A stretch of DNA of 64,000 bases from Mobula hypostoma. Its lineage: Eukaryota. The position numbers were made by a program, and so were the translations under genes. Of the stretch, positions 49,783-62,199 are shown piece by piece. The notes under the pieces are model-generated. The model saw only the letters and a list, made by a program, of their open reading frames with translations. It had not been told where the DNA came from and did no database searches. The stretch is taken from assembly GCF_963921235.1 (NCBI RefSeq), contig NC_086097.1, forward strand, positions 18,478,001 through 18,542,000. Direction: 5' to 3'. Position 1 is the first letter of the stretch, and every line of letters starts with the position of its first letter.

Positions 49783-52205
49783 AAGTGTTACCGGTGTCTG
49801 CATAGTGCTGGGGCAGTCTACCAATCATTTTGAATCTGCCCCAGTCTGGCTTGGAGGGTGTTACTTGATGCTCTGTATTCTGCCTTGGCTGCTTGTTTAT
49901 CAGGTCTAGACAGCACCACTTGATGGGAGGAGTATTCCTTCTGGAGCAGGTTCTGGACTTCAATGTCATTTTCATCAAACCAGTCCTTGTTTCTTCTAGA
50001 GGAGTACCCAATTACCTTGACAGCCGCATTAGATGGCAGTCTTCAGGTGCTCCCATTTCCTTCCTGTGTTGCACTCTGTGCTTGGGGAGCCTTTGCTGTC
50101 CAGTTTCTCCCTCAGCTTGATCTGGAATACATCTCAGAGACCAAGGAGTTTATCTACCTGGAGCCTCTTCCACCGTGTTCCCCTTTTCCTTATTGCTGCC
50201 TTGATAGCCAGCCTGAGTTTTGCCCTGACCCGTCTCTGATCTTTTTAATAGTAACAACATTATCGTGCAATCATCACAGAGTAGCAATTGCCAAACTAGT
50301 TTAGAATCTTCTGACTTCAGGAAGCTATTATGAGGTGATGGACGGACCACTACGAAAGCATTTTTGGGGATAATCATCAAGTACAAGAAACATCCATTAA
50401 AATGATCCCCAGCATGAGGTCTGGCTTAAGCTGATGGCCCACCAACTCTAGACAAGGTCAAAGACATTTTTTCCATGCTGAAATGCCATAAAGCTCCAGG
50501 CATTGATGGGATCCAGCAGAAGAGTACAACACGGGCAGAGGCATCCTCCTGAGTGAATGCACAAACCTGTTTGCACTCTGTTGGGAGAAAATGACCTACA
50601 CAATGCTGTAAATGTCTCTTTGTACAAGAACAAAAAGGTGAAATCGGATTGCTCAAACTACAGAGGCGTTGCCCTGCTGTCCACTGTTGGGAAGATCCAC
50701 ACCAGAATTCTTCTGGATAGAATCATTCCTACCGTCGCTGAAGGTAACCTCACAGAGAGGCAATGTGGACATCAGAGTGAGCCGAGCCACATCTGGCATG
50801 ATCTTCATCCTGCGCCAGATTTGGGAGAAGTGTTGTGAACAGAACATGGGACTGTGTATGGTGTTCACTGGCGAGACCAAGGTCTTTGATACAATGGTCT
50901 CTGGAAGATTCTGTCGAAGCGCAGTAGTCCCCCGAGATTCCTCACCGGCCCGCAGCAGCTGCATGAAAGCCAAAGCGGTCAGGTTAAACACAACAGGAAC
51001 TGTCTGATCCGTAGCCCATCAGTACTGGGGTGAAACAAGGCTGCGTTTTGGCACCAACGCTCTTCGCCATCTTTTTCAGCGTGATGCTATGGGAAACAAA
51101 ATACACCGCCTCGGAGAGCGTCTACATTTGGTTCTGTAGTGACAGAACTACCTTCAGCCTCTGCTGCCTTCTCACCCGAACAAAAACCACGCAAGAGCCC
51201 ATTCTCCAGCTATGATATGCGGATGACTGTGCTCTCCTCACGCACGCAGAGGATGCACTACAGGCTGCAGTTACTCAGTTCGTCAAGGCTGCAAGGACTT
51301 TAGGGTTAACGGTCAGTCTGAAGAAAACAATGATCCTCCATCAGGAACCCCCTCGTGGCGTTCACAACCTACCTCGGATCAGCGTTAACGGCTTCCTCTC
51401 ACCATGGTTGAGCAGTTCACCTACTGGGCAGCGTCATCTCCAACGATGGTACAGTAGCAAGGGACGTTGACAAATGACTGCCCAAAGCCAGCAGTGTCTT
51501 TGGATGCCTCCAGAAACGTGAGTGGGAGAACCATCAGCGGTGTCTGTCTACAAAAATCAAGTTGTACAGAGCTGCCATCATCACAGCACTGCTATAGGGC
51601 TCCGAATGCGGGGTCTCATATCACAAGCAAATCCGGTTGCTTGAGCTCCTCCATCAGTGCTGTCTCCACTCCATCATGGGTATCAGCTGACAGGATCGTG
51701 TCTCCAACAATGAGGTCCTGGAGAAGATTCAACTTCCAAGCATTGAAGCCACTTTGCTGCTCAAGCAGTTCTGCCGGCCTGGCCACCTGTCCCGCATGTT
51801 ACCGAAAGTAGTATTGTACAGAGAACTCTCTCAGAGCAAGAGAGACTGTGGTGCCTTGCACAAGAAATACAAAGACCAACTTAAGCAGCTGCTCTCTCAG
51901 ACAAATATCAAGGTCAACAAGTGGCAGTAGCCGGCTTGTGACAGAGACCGCCGGAGAACGCTGATCCACGGAGTAGCCATGAATTTTGAGAAATCCAGAA
52001 CAGCGACTGCTGAAGAGAAGAGGGGACACAGCAAGGATCCTACTACCCAAGTGCCGCATCTCAGCTGTTCCCCTGTCCCTACTGTCCCATAGTCTGCAGA
52101 TCCAGAACTGGCCTCTACGGTCACCAACGATCATGCCTTCGCTCCTGAAGATTCTTCTTCCATCCTGATCTTCACAAGTGAAGAACCAGCCATCATCATC
52201 ATTAC
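49783..52205 (+). mobile_element. Degenerate RTE (Bov-B-like) LINE with inverted 5' segment (~49783-50245 on minus)
   Basis: SDCSNYRGVALLSTVGKI, KQGCVLAPTLFAIFF, YADDCAL on plus; RRNKDWFDEND..YADTGNT on minus; (CAT)n tail. Confidence 0.88.
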
Positions 52206-52932
52206 TATGGCCTTTTTATATTTGCTCTTCCCTTGTCCCTTCCACTGAGCAATTTGCTTATGCATTGTCCCATCCAGATTGTAACCCTTCTTTACCATAC
52301 TTATAGTTACAGTGCACTACTGTCTGTATGAGGTATTCCCACACTAACTCACTGGTTTCCTCTGGCTTCTTGTTTTTCCACTATGCCCATCACTTACAAT
52401 GTCTGCATACTTTAGTGTCTGCAATTCCAGCTCCCAAGCCCATGCCTCCAATAAAATTAGTTAATCAATTGATTTCCCAAATCATTCGCAACCCGTAACC
52501 ACCTGGACCCTGTCCGCCAGTTACCCAGACACCGCAGTCCCCCGTTTGCCAACACCAAACTCCTCACGCTCCACAGTCTCTTTTTAACACAACTTATGGT
52601 CACAGTCAACTATGAGGTTATCTCCTAACCAAGCAGGGTGGTATCTTAAACACACCAAGCCAACCAGAAGCCACATAGTCAGTTTCGATCCAATGGGGTA
52701 TCCTGTCGACTATACCAATTGTCAGAGCAAACTGAAAGAACACACGGAGTTGGTGTTCCAACAGTGGGTGATTTACTAAAAACTGATGCACACTGGGAGA
52801 CCAGCCGTAGCTGATCTATCTGAGCATACATTAGGTAGAGTTTTTACATGCTCAGCTGATGAGAATACCAGTAACACTGCATTTTGATTGCAGATTGGTA
52901 TCTATATGAAGTCACAGATTAAGTGACTTAAA

Positions 52933-54960
52933 ACCATAAGACCATAAGACATAGGAACAGAATTATGCTATTCAGCCCATTGAGTCTGATGATTTATTAC
53001 GCTTCTCAACCCCATTTGTCTGCATTCTCCTCATAAACTTTGAAGCCTGGACTAATCAAAAACCTATGAAACTCCACAGATTCACCACTCGCTGGCTAAA
53101 GAAATTCCTCCTCATCTCTGTCTAAATGGACCACCCTCTAATCTGAGGCTGTGCCCTCTGGTCCTAGACTCCCCCACTATAGGAAACACTCTCCCCACAT
53201 CCACTCTATCTAGGCCTTTCAATATTTGATATGTTTCAATGTGATCCCACCCCCCCCCATTCTTCTAAACTCAGAGTCATCAAACTCTCCTCAGACATTA
53301 ACCATTTCATTCCTAGAATAATTGTCGTGAAGCTCTTTTGGGCGATCTCCAATATAAGCGCATCTTTCTGAGATAAGAACCCCAAAACAGCTCACAATAT
53401 TCCAATTGCAATCTGATCAATGCCTTATAAAGCCTCAGCATTACATCCCTGCTTTTATCATCTAGTCCTTTTGAGATGCATGTTAACATTGCACTTGCTT
53501 TTCTTACCACCAACTTAACCTGCAAACTAAACTTTAGGGAATACTACTACACGAGGACTCCCAAGTCCCTTTGCACCTGATATTTGAATTTTTCTCGCCA
53601 TTTAGAAAATAGTCTACACCTTTATTCCTTCAACAAAGTACATGACCAGACACTTCCCTACACTATATTCCATCTGAAACTTCTTTGCTCATTCTTCCAA
53701 TCTGTCTAAGTCCTTTTGCAGGCTCCCTGTTTCCTCAGTGCTCCCTGCCTATCCACCTATCTTCGTATCATATGTAAACTTGGCCACAAAGCCATCAATT
53801 CCATTATCCAAATCAGTGACATATAACATGACAAGAAGCAGTCCCATCACCAACCCCTATGAAATACCACTAGTCACCAGCAACTAACTAGAAAAGGCCC
53901 ACTTTATTCCTTACTGCTAGTCAACCAATCTTCTGTCCATACCAGTATCTTTCCTTTAATACCATAGGTTCTTAACTTATTAAGCAGCATCATGTGGAAC
54001 ACCTTGTCAAAGGCCTTCTGAAAATCCAAGAAAACAATATCCTTTGTCTATCCTGTTTGTTATTTCCTCAAAGAATTCCAACAGATTTGTCAGGCACGAT
54101 TTCCACTTAAGGAAACCATACTTGTTTTGTCCTATTTTATCATGTGCCTCTAAGTACCCCAAAACATCATTCTTAATAATGGATTCCAACATCTTCCAAC
54201 CACTGAAGTCTGATAAACTGGCCTATGGTTTCCTTTCTTCTGCCTTCCTCCCTTCTTAAAAAGTAGTGTGACATTTCCAATATTCCAGTCCTCCTCCTTT
54301 AGAATGCCATGGATCCAGTCCAAGATGTCTCTGACCCTGGCAGCTGGGAGGCAACATACCATCCGGATGTCTCTTTCTCATCCATAGAATCTCATACCTA
54401 CTTCTCTAACTATGGAATACCCTATCACTACTACAGTCCTCTTCTCCCTCATCCCTTCTGAGCCACAGTGCCAGAGACCTGGTAGCTGCAGCTCGCCCCT
54501 AGTAGTCCATCTCCATCAACAGTATCCAAAGTGGTATACTTATTATTGAGGGGAACAGCAACAGGGGTACTCTGCACTGGCTGTCTATTCCCTTTCCCTC
54601 TCCTGACAGTCACGTAGGTACCTGCCACCTTTTGCCTTCTGACTATCTCCCAGTAGCCATTATCTATCAACTCCTCATTTTCCCATATGAGCCAAAGTTC
54701 ACTGAGCTTCAGCTCCAGTTCCCTAACATGGTCTCTAAGTAGCTGAAGCTTGATGCACTTTGTGCAGATGTAGTTATCAGGGAAACTGGAGGTATCCCAG
54801 AGTTCCTGCATCTCACTTGAAGAACATACCATTAACCCTGGACCCATTCTTACTGCATACTAATAGACAAAGAAAGAAGGAAAAGCATTTACTAGAGAGT
54901 TACTGAGAGCTATTCTTTCCCAAGCCCATTGAGCCAAAGCCTAACCATTCTGACACCGTC
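52933..54960 (-). mobile_element. CR1 LINE with large internal deletion (ORF1 N-terminus joined to RT/3' end)
   Basis: ORF 54449-54847 (CSSSEMQE..YICTKCIKLQLLRDHVRELE), 54007-54192 (SCLTNLLEFF), 53313-53525. Confidence 0.88.
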
Positions 54961-55699
54961 CACTACAACAATGGCTCCCTAATCACTTCACCTGATGAAG
55001 TGTCCTGGCCCTTAACATCAACTGTTTGTTCTTCTCCATAGACACTGCCTGACTTCTTAGCTCCGCCATCATTTTGCTTGTGTCACTCTGGATTTCCAGC
55101 ATTTGCAGAAACTTTTGTGTTTAACCTTTAAATACTTTTCTTTCCTCCTCCCACCCACCATTTCTTCTGTTCTGATGAATGGTATCTAACCCAAGATCTG
55201 GACCCTCTCCTCTCCCTTTCCCTCTCCATGGATGTTGGCCCATCTGCAGAGTATTATCTGCATTTTCTGTCTTTGCTTCAGATGTCAAGCATCTGCATTA
55301 TTTTGTGCTCGAGACCTTATCTCCTGCCTAAGGATATTAAGGCTTTCTAGGGGCAGTTAGCCTACTCAAGGCTGAGACTTCACTCTGTCTTGCTTCTGCT
55401 GGTTAAAGAAAAGTATTTTTGAAAATCTGAGGCTGATAAATTCTTGATAAGAGGTGAAAGGTTACCAGACGAGGAGGAGTCATGTCAACTACAATCATAA
55501 GCAGATTCAAAGGCTTAAGTAGGATCTATCCCTATTCTGAATTCACATGTCTGTGTATAATCTATGTAAAATATACATCGGAAGCAAAATAAAAATGTTT
55601 TGTGGCACAAAAGCCCAACAGGAAGAATTGTTAGCGACCGAGATGAGAAGTTAAAGACAGAAAGGGTGTTATGAAATCAAAGGATGACCTGCATAGTTG

Positions 55700-56400
55700 C
55701 CAGAAATAGAAGCAAACCTGAAGATTGTGGGTGTTTTAGAACTTAGTAAAAAGAACCAAGAAACCAATAAAGGATGTGAAAATGGAATAAAATGAGAAAC
55801 TGGTGAGAAACATAAAAACAGACTGCACAAACCTTTATCAGAATATATAAAGCAAAATATTAATGAGGGCAAATGTGGATTCCTTTTAGACAGAATGAGG
55901 GGAATTTATAATGGGGCATAAGGTAACGAAAAAGAAATTAAACACATGCCTTCCAATCTGCCTTTATGGACACAAAAGAAAACCTGTCAAAGAAAGTGGA
56001 GACCTAAGAGTAGAGAGGAAATGTAGAAAATATTCGCCAGAATGGCTCCTGGCTTGGCAGGTTTGCTGTATGACGAGAGATGGAGAAGACAAGGCCTGTA
56101 TTCTCTCTGGTTCACAAGAATGAGAAGTGACTCCACTGGCACTTGCAATATTATCACAGGGCTCAGAGGGTGAATGAAGGGAGGATGATTTCCCCTGGCT
56201 AACAAGTCTGGAGCCCAGGGTAGTAGATGTAGAATAATGGGTATGTCAATTGGAACTGAAATGAGGAAAAATTTCTTCGCTAAGTGATGTGTGGAGCATT
56301 AGAGACTTAATCATTCCAATTAGAGATCGACAGATTTCTGGATATTAAGGGAGTAAATTATACGTGCATAGAGTAGGAAGATGCCATGGTTAGAAGATGT
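55700..56400 (+). mobile_element. Old, heavily decayed CR1 fragments
   Basis: Remnants such as AGAATGAGAAGTGACT and GAAATGAGGAAAAATTTCTTC. Confidence 0.6.
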
Positions 56401-56806
56401 TTATGAATTGCCGTTGAAGAATCAGTTGCCAAATCTGACTCCACGTATTTTTTGATAATCACAACACTTCTCATTAAGAATTCACAATGAACCCTCTTAA
56501 TTGGAATGAGGTCGTGCCAATGCTGAAGCTATCTCTGCTGTAACTTTCAGAAACACCACACCATTGGGGCTGACTGGCTGCCAAAGAAGTTGGACGACTA
56601 TTGTAGTCAGCTCTTTCCAACTTTTCATGTAGTTGCATCCTCAGAATAGACAATGTGTACGTCGATCTTAGAGTGGATCAAAAAGTTGAGGCATTATTGT
56701 TGGCCGAAAGGCTGTACTATACTGTACCCTTTTATGTTCGATGATATTTCTGTTCAATATTGGGACAGAGCAAATTTTACATGGCATGCTGGTGTTCCAG
56801 TATGGT

Positions 56807-57163
56807 TGTCAAAAATGAAGAGCAGCAGAAACAATTTAGTGGTAAGCGATCACCTTAATAATAAATTGAAAAATAATAAGCCACAAGGGGCCACAAAACA
56901 AGAGAGAATGGAACTTAACATGACAAGGCAACAAGGTAACTAAAGGCTAAAAACAACTGGCTGAGGCTGACTGGTTCAATTGATGAACAAGGACTGTGGA
57001 TCGTGGCTGGGTTTGAATAGGCTGCAGGTGATGAGATGGAAATGAGTGGCAGGTGATTCCTGTTAGCTGACTCGAGACTGGGGTTGTCTGCCTGTGCAGG
57101 CCTGACAATGGCTTGGCCAAATGTACACGGAACAACATTGTCCATGTCAGAATTGCTGGGACA
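56807..57163 (-). mobile_element. Possible old solo LTR
   Basis: TGTCA...GGACA ends with GGT(T) on both flanks; CACCTG and TATA-like CTATTCAAACCC on the minus strand. Confidence 0.4.
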
Positions 57164-57663
57164 GGTTAAGGTTAACTGGATTCTACTTAACTCCTTGAGG
57201 GACACATTGATATACCAAGCAACAAGATGATGATAAGATCCAGCATATAAATACAAAGTGGTAGAAGATGGCCATCAATACATATAAATAATAGGTGAAT
57301 GAACCAGGCATCAGTACTCAACTGGAGAGATTTTTCGTTTCGATCTCATCTGCATGATTGCACACATAGATTAAAGGTTTGTTACATTGACAGCGCTGGG
57401 CTCCAGGTAGATTTTCATCCGCAACAATCAGAGAGACGTCAGTGTTGTAATCATATTGGAACAGCTTGACTGGAGACACATATCTTCGAGTCCACAGCTG
57501 TAGCCTTTGCTGTAACCAGTGTTCTCACTTGTTTCTACATATGGTAGTTTGGCTGAGCGGCCTAAGGCCCTGGATTAAGGGTCCAGTCTCTACAAAGGCA
57601 TGGGTTTGCATTGACCACTACCAGCAGATGGATATCTGTTCCTTCTCTTCCACGAGTATTTAT

Positions 57664-57914
57664 GGAAGCAGCACAGTAATGTAGCGGTTAGCGTAATGGT
57701 ACTACAGTGCTAGCAACCCAGATTCAGTCCTGGACAGTCTATAAAGAGTTTGCAGGTTCTCTCCATGACCATTTGGAATTTCTGTGGGTGCTCCAGTTTC
57801 TTTGCACATTCCAAAGATGTATGAGTTAGGAGGTTAATTGATTACATAGATGTAATTGGGCAGCGTGTACTTGTTGGGCTGGGAGGGCCTGTTGCTGTGC
57901 TGTATCTAAATAAA
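57664..57914 (+). mobile_element. tRNA-headed V-domain SINE with CR1-type tail
   Basis: GGGTGCTCCAGTTTCTTTGCACATTCCAAAGA core; tail GGGCCTGTTGCTGTGCTGTATCTAAATAAA. Confidence 0.8.
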
Positions 57915-58182
57915 AATATCAGGTGGAGTAAATAGAATTTGCTTTTCCTGGGTAGTTCCGATGGTGGAGATTTCAAGAGATGAATGGATGGACCATTGAT
58001 TCAGCACTTCTGGCTGAAAATGTTTGTAAATATTTCCACCAGCCAGTAGCTCTTGCAGGCTAATTCCACCATCTCTGATGGTTGGAATAGAGTCATAGAC
58101 AGAATCATAGGGAGATACAACATTGAAACAGGCCCTTTCTCCCACTGAGTCTACACTGACCATCACCCATTTATATACATAA

Positions 58183-58790
58183 TACTTCCTTAGGAGTCTG
58201 TGGAGATTTGGCATGACACCAAAAACATTGACAAACTTCTATCGATATATAGTCGAGAGTATATTGACTGGCTGCACCATGGCCTGGTATGGGAACACCA
58301 ATGCCTTTGAACGGAAGTTCCTACAAAAGCTTATGGATTTGGCTCAGTACATCACGGGTAAAGCCCTCCCAACCATTGAGCACTTCTATATGAAATGCTG
58401 TCATAGGAAAGCAGTATCCATTATCTTCACCACTCAGGCCATGTTCTTTTCTTACTGTTGCCATCAAGCAGAAGGTACAAGAGCTTCAGGACTCACATCA
58501 CCAGATTCAAGAACAGTTACTACGCCTCATTCACCAGGCTCTTGAACAAAAGGGGATAACTACACTCATCTAGAGAGATGTTGCAATGGCCAGTGATCTC
58601 ACTTTGAGGACCCTTTATCTTGTTATTTCATGTTCTCATTATTTATTGCTATATATTTATAATTGCACTTGCACAGTTTGTTGTCTTCTATGCTCTACAT
58701 GGTCATTCAATAATCCTGGTATAATTACAATTCTATAGATTTTCTGAGTATTCCTGCAGGATAAAGAATCTCAGAGTTGTACGTGGTAAC
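58183..58790 (+). mobile_element. Rex1/Babar-type LINE 3' end, third subfamily
   Basis: ORF 58213-58545 LTNFYRYIVESILTGCTMAWYG; 3'UTR homologous to the sequence flanking the CR1 at 28375-28485/31013-31140. Confidence 0.85.
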
Positions 58791-59229
58791 ATAGAACATA
58801 GAATAGTACAGCACATTTCAGGCCCTTCGGCCCACAATGTTGTGCTGACCCTCAAACCCTGCCTCCTATATAATCCACCACCTTAAATTCCTCCATATAC
58901 CTGTCTAGTAATCTCTTAAACTTCACGAGTGTATCTGCCTCCACCACTGACTCAGGCAGTGCATTCCACACACCAACCACTCTCTGAGTAAAAAACCTTC
59001 CTCTAATATCCCCCTTGAACTTCCCACTCCTTACCTTAAAGCCACGTCCTCTTGTATTGAGCAGTGGTGCCCTGGGGAAGAGGCACTGGCTATCCACTCT
59101 ATCTATTCCTCTTATTATCTTGTATACCCTCTATCATGTCTCCTCTCATCCTCCCTCTCTCCAAAGAGTAAAGCCCTAGCTCCCTTAATCTCTGATCATA
59201 ATGCATACTCTCTAAACCAGGCAGCATCC

Positions 59230-59710
59230 AGGTAGCCTCCAACCTGATGGCATGAACATCGACTTCTCTAACTTCCGCTAATGCCCCACCTCCCCCTCGT
59301 ACCCCATCTGTTACTTATTTTTATACACACACTCTTTCTCTCACTCTCCTTTTTCTCCCTCTGTCCCTCTGAATATACCCCTTGCCCATCCTCTGGGTCT
59401 CCTCCCCCCCCTTGTCTTTCTTCCGAGACCTCCTGTCCCATGATCCTCTTGTATCCCTTTTGCCAATCACCTGTCCAGCTCTTGGCTCCATCCCTCCCCC
59501 TCCTGTCTTCTTCTATCATTTTGGATCTCCCCCTCCCCCTCCAACTTTCAAATCCCTTACTCACTCTTCCTTCAGTTAGTCCTGACGAAGGGTCTCGGCC
59601 TGAAACGTCGACTGCACCTCTTCCTAGAGATGCTGCCTGGCCTGCTGCGTTCACCAGCAACTTTTATGTGTGTTGCTTGAATTTCCAGCATCTGCAGAAT
59701 TCCTGTTGTT
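59230..59710 (+). mobile_element. Penelope-like element terminus (young copy)
   Basis: Near-identical to 5550-5990; target duplication AGCATCC at 59223-59229 and 59711-59717. Confidence 0.93.
59578..59613 (+). ncRNA. Minimal type I hammerhead ribozyme motif (best-preserved copy)
   Basis: AGTC-CTGACGA-AGGGTCTCGGCCT-GAAA-CG-TC-GACT. Confidence 0.85.
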
Positions 59711-60693
59711 AGCATCCTGGTAAATCTCCTCTGTACCCTTTCCAATGCTTCCACATCTTTCCTATAGTGAGGTGACCAGAACTGGACACAGTACTCCAGT
59801 TGTGGCCTAACTAGAGTTTTATAGAGCTGCATCATTACATTGCGACTCTTAAACTCTATCCGTTGACTTATGAAAGCTAACACCCCATAAGCTTTCTTAA
59901 CTACCCTATCTACCTGTGAGGCAACTTTCAGGGATCTAGGGACATGTACCCCCAGATCCCTCTGCTCCTCCACACTACCAAGCACAAATATGTACTCTTG
60001 ATAATAAAATTTACTTTGATTTTGACACCAATCCCACGTTCTCCTCAACTCCATCCAATTCTGCCACTTGCCTCTACACAAGGGGCAATTTACCATGGCC
60101 AATTAACCTACAGACCTAGGCATCTTTGGAAGATGGGAAGAAGGAAGGAGAATAGGTTTGAGATGGAGATAGGTCAGCCATGATGAAATGGTGGAGCAGA
60201 CTCAATGGACCAAATGGCCTAATTTTGCTCCCATGTCTTATGGTCTTAAGGGCCCAGAGGAAACCCGCACAATCAAGACGAAAATGTTCAAACTCCTCAC
60301 AGACTAAACCGAATGTTAGCATGGCACTTGGGTCACTGGCACTATGAGGTACATGGCTACCCACAGTACAGCCCAATCATCTTGATGTTCATGGAGCCTC
60401 CTCCTCCTATTGGCTGCTTAATGAATTACCACCATTCACGAATAGACATGATAGTACTGTGGAGCTTCTTATGAATTTGATTTGCTGGTTCTGCGATCAC
60501 TCTGCCTGCCACTTCATGCTGTCTTTGCTGTTCTGCAGGCACGTAGTATTGAAACTTCACCAGGCACCCTTAGGTGTGCCTACTGCTGCTCTGGGCTAGC
60601 CCTTCTGCACTCCTCATTCATCTAGAGCTGATATTAATGGTAGAGTGAGGAAGGTGCCAAGCCACGAGGTTACACATTATGGTGGGGTATATT

Positions 60694-60888
60694 AAACACA
60701 AAATACTCTGCAGATGCTGGGGTCAAAGCAACACTCACAACACGCTGGAGGAACTCAGCAGGTCGGGCAGTATCCATGGAAAAGAACAGACAATGTTTCG
60801 GACCAGAACCCTTTGTCACCTTCGAAACTTTGTTTTTTTTCCACGGATGCTGCCCAGCCTGCTGAGTTCCTCCAGCGAGTTGTGAGTG
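60694..60888. mobile_element. Fold-back element made of two inverted PLE termini
   Basis: ~52-bp inverted arms 60732-60783 and 60837-60888. Confidence 0.8.
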
Positions 60889-61774
60889 GTGGGATATATT
60901 TCTGCTGCTGATTCTCCTTGCATTTGCCCAGTTTTGACCTGACAGATCTGTTCTGAGACAGTCTCACTTAAAATTTTAGCATTGCCTTCAGCAGGAAGGA
61001 GGTTGGCCTCAGTGTGCAGACAAGACTTTGCACTTGCAAGTCTGGAAGTCTCTATGGATGCAGTTGACGTAGACCCTTCATCAGGACTAGAAATGAAGGG
61101 TGCAGATTCTGGCTCCTTTCTGCCCCCTTCCTTTCCACTCCTGCTGAAAGGTCTCCCACCCAGTATACATTCAAAGCCTTTGTTACTTAAGGTACATTTT
61201 CTGAGTAGAGACACAAGGAACTGCAGATACTAGAATCCGAAAAGAAAATAAAAACAAACTTCTGAGGAACTCAGCAGGTCAGGCAGCATCTGTGGAAGGA
61301 AACGGACAATTGATCAATCGCTGTTTTGGATAGAGGCATTCCATTTGGACTGAAATTGACTGTTCATTTCCCTCCACAGATATTGCCTGATCTATTGAGT
61401 TCTTCCAGCACGTGTCTGTGAAGCCACTGAAAACAAGTCTTTTATTGCATATGTGCATACACATGACAATGAACTGGACTTGACACGCCAGCAGTTTGCT
61501 TTTTACAATGCTTTTCAAGTATTGTTCAACATGCAGAAGTACTAATTCATCAGCTACGAAGGGCACAAAGCAGGGGACAGGATAATCTGCAAACCCGCTT
61601 CCCTGCAAGTAGCTCTTTAAAACACTATGCTGCAATAAATAAAACATTGCGGCCATTACAACAGAAGAAATAGGAGCAGAAGCAGGTCATCTGGCAGGTT
61701 GAGCCTGCTCCGCCATTCAGTAACATCATGGCTGAGGTAACCATGGACTCAGCCCCACCTACGTGCCTTTTCAC

Positions 61775-62190
61775 CAAACTCCAACCAGATGGCATGAATA
61801 TCAACATCCCCCCCCTCTCCTTCACCATTCCCCATTCCTGCTTCCCTCTCTCACCTTATCTCCTGAACTGCCCATCACCTCCTCCCCCTTCCCTTCCCTT
61901 CTTCCATGGCCTTTTGTTCTCTCCTGTCAGATTCCCTCTTCCCCAGCCTTTTATCTCTTTCACCAATCGACTTCCCAGCTCTTTACTTCACCCCTTCCCC
62001 GTCTCCCAGATTCACCTATCACCCGTCACCTTGTACTTTTTCCTCCACTCCCCAACCTTCTTAATCTGACATCTCCCATTCTTTTCCAGTCCCGATGAAG
62101 GGTCCCGGCCTGAAACATCAACTGTCTGCTCTTTTCCATAGATGCTGCCTGGCCTGCTGAGTTCCTCCAGCATTTTGTGTGTGTTGCTCT
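61775..62190 (+). mobile_element. Penelope-like element terminus inserted in a CR1 tail
   Basis: CTCCAACCAGATGGCATGAA start; degenerate hammerhead 62088-62123; CR1 resumes at ~62200. Confidence 0.85.
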
Positions 62191-62199
62191 GAATATTCC

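Larger units (their letters stand above)
58791..59975 (-). mobile_element. CR1 3' fragment interrupted by a PLE
   Basis: ORFs 58852-59097 and 59572-60102 (LEYCVQFWSP..ERVQRRFTRML). Confidence 0.92.

Noticed and set aside
52490..52920. Unassigned block that might be an LTR remnant
   Set aside because: No TG..CA termini or TSD could be identified
59572..60102. 176-aa ORF
   Set aside because: Chimeric read-through of SINE, CR1 and antisense PLE sequence, not a gene
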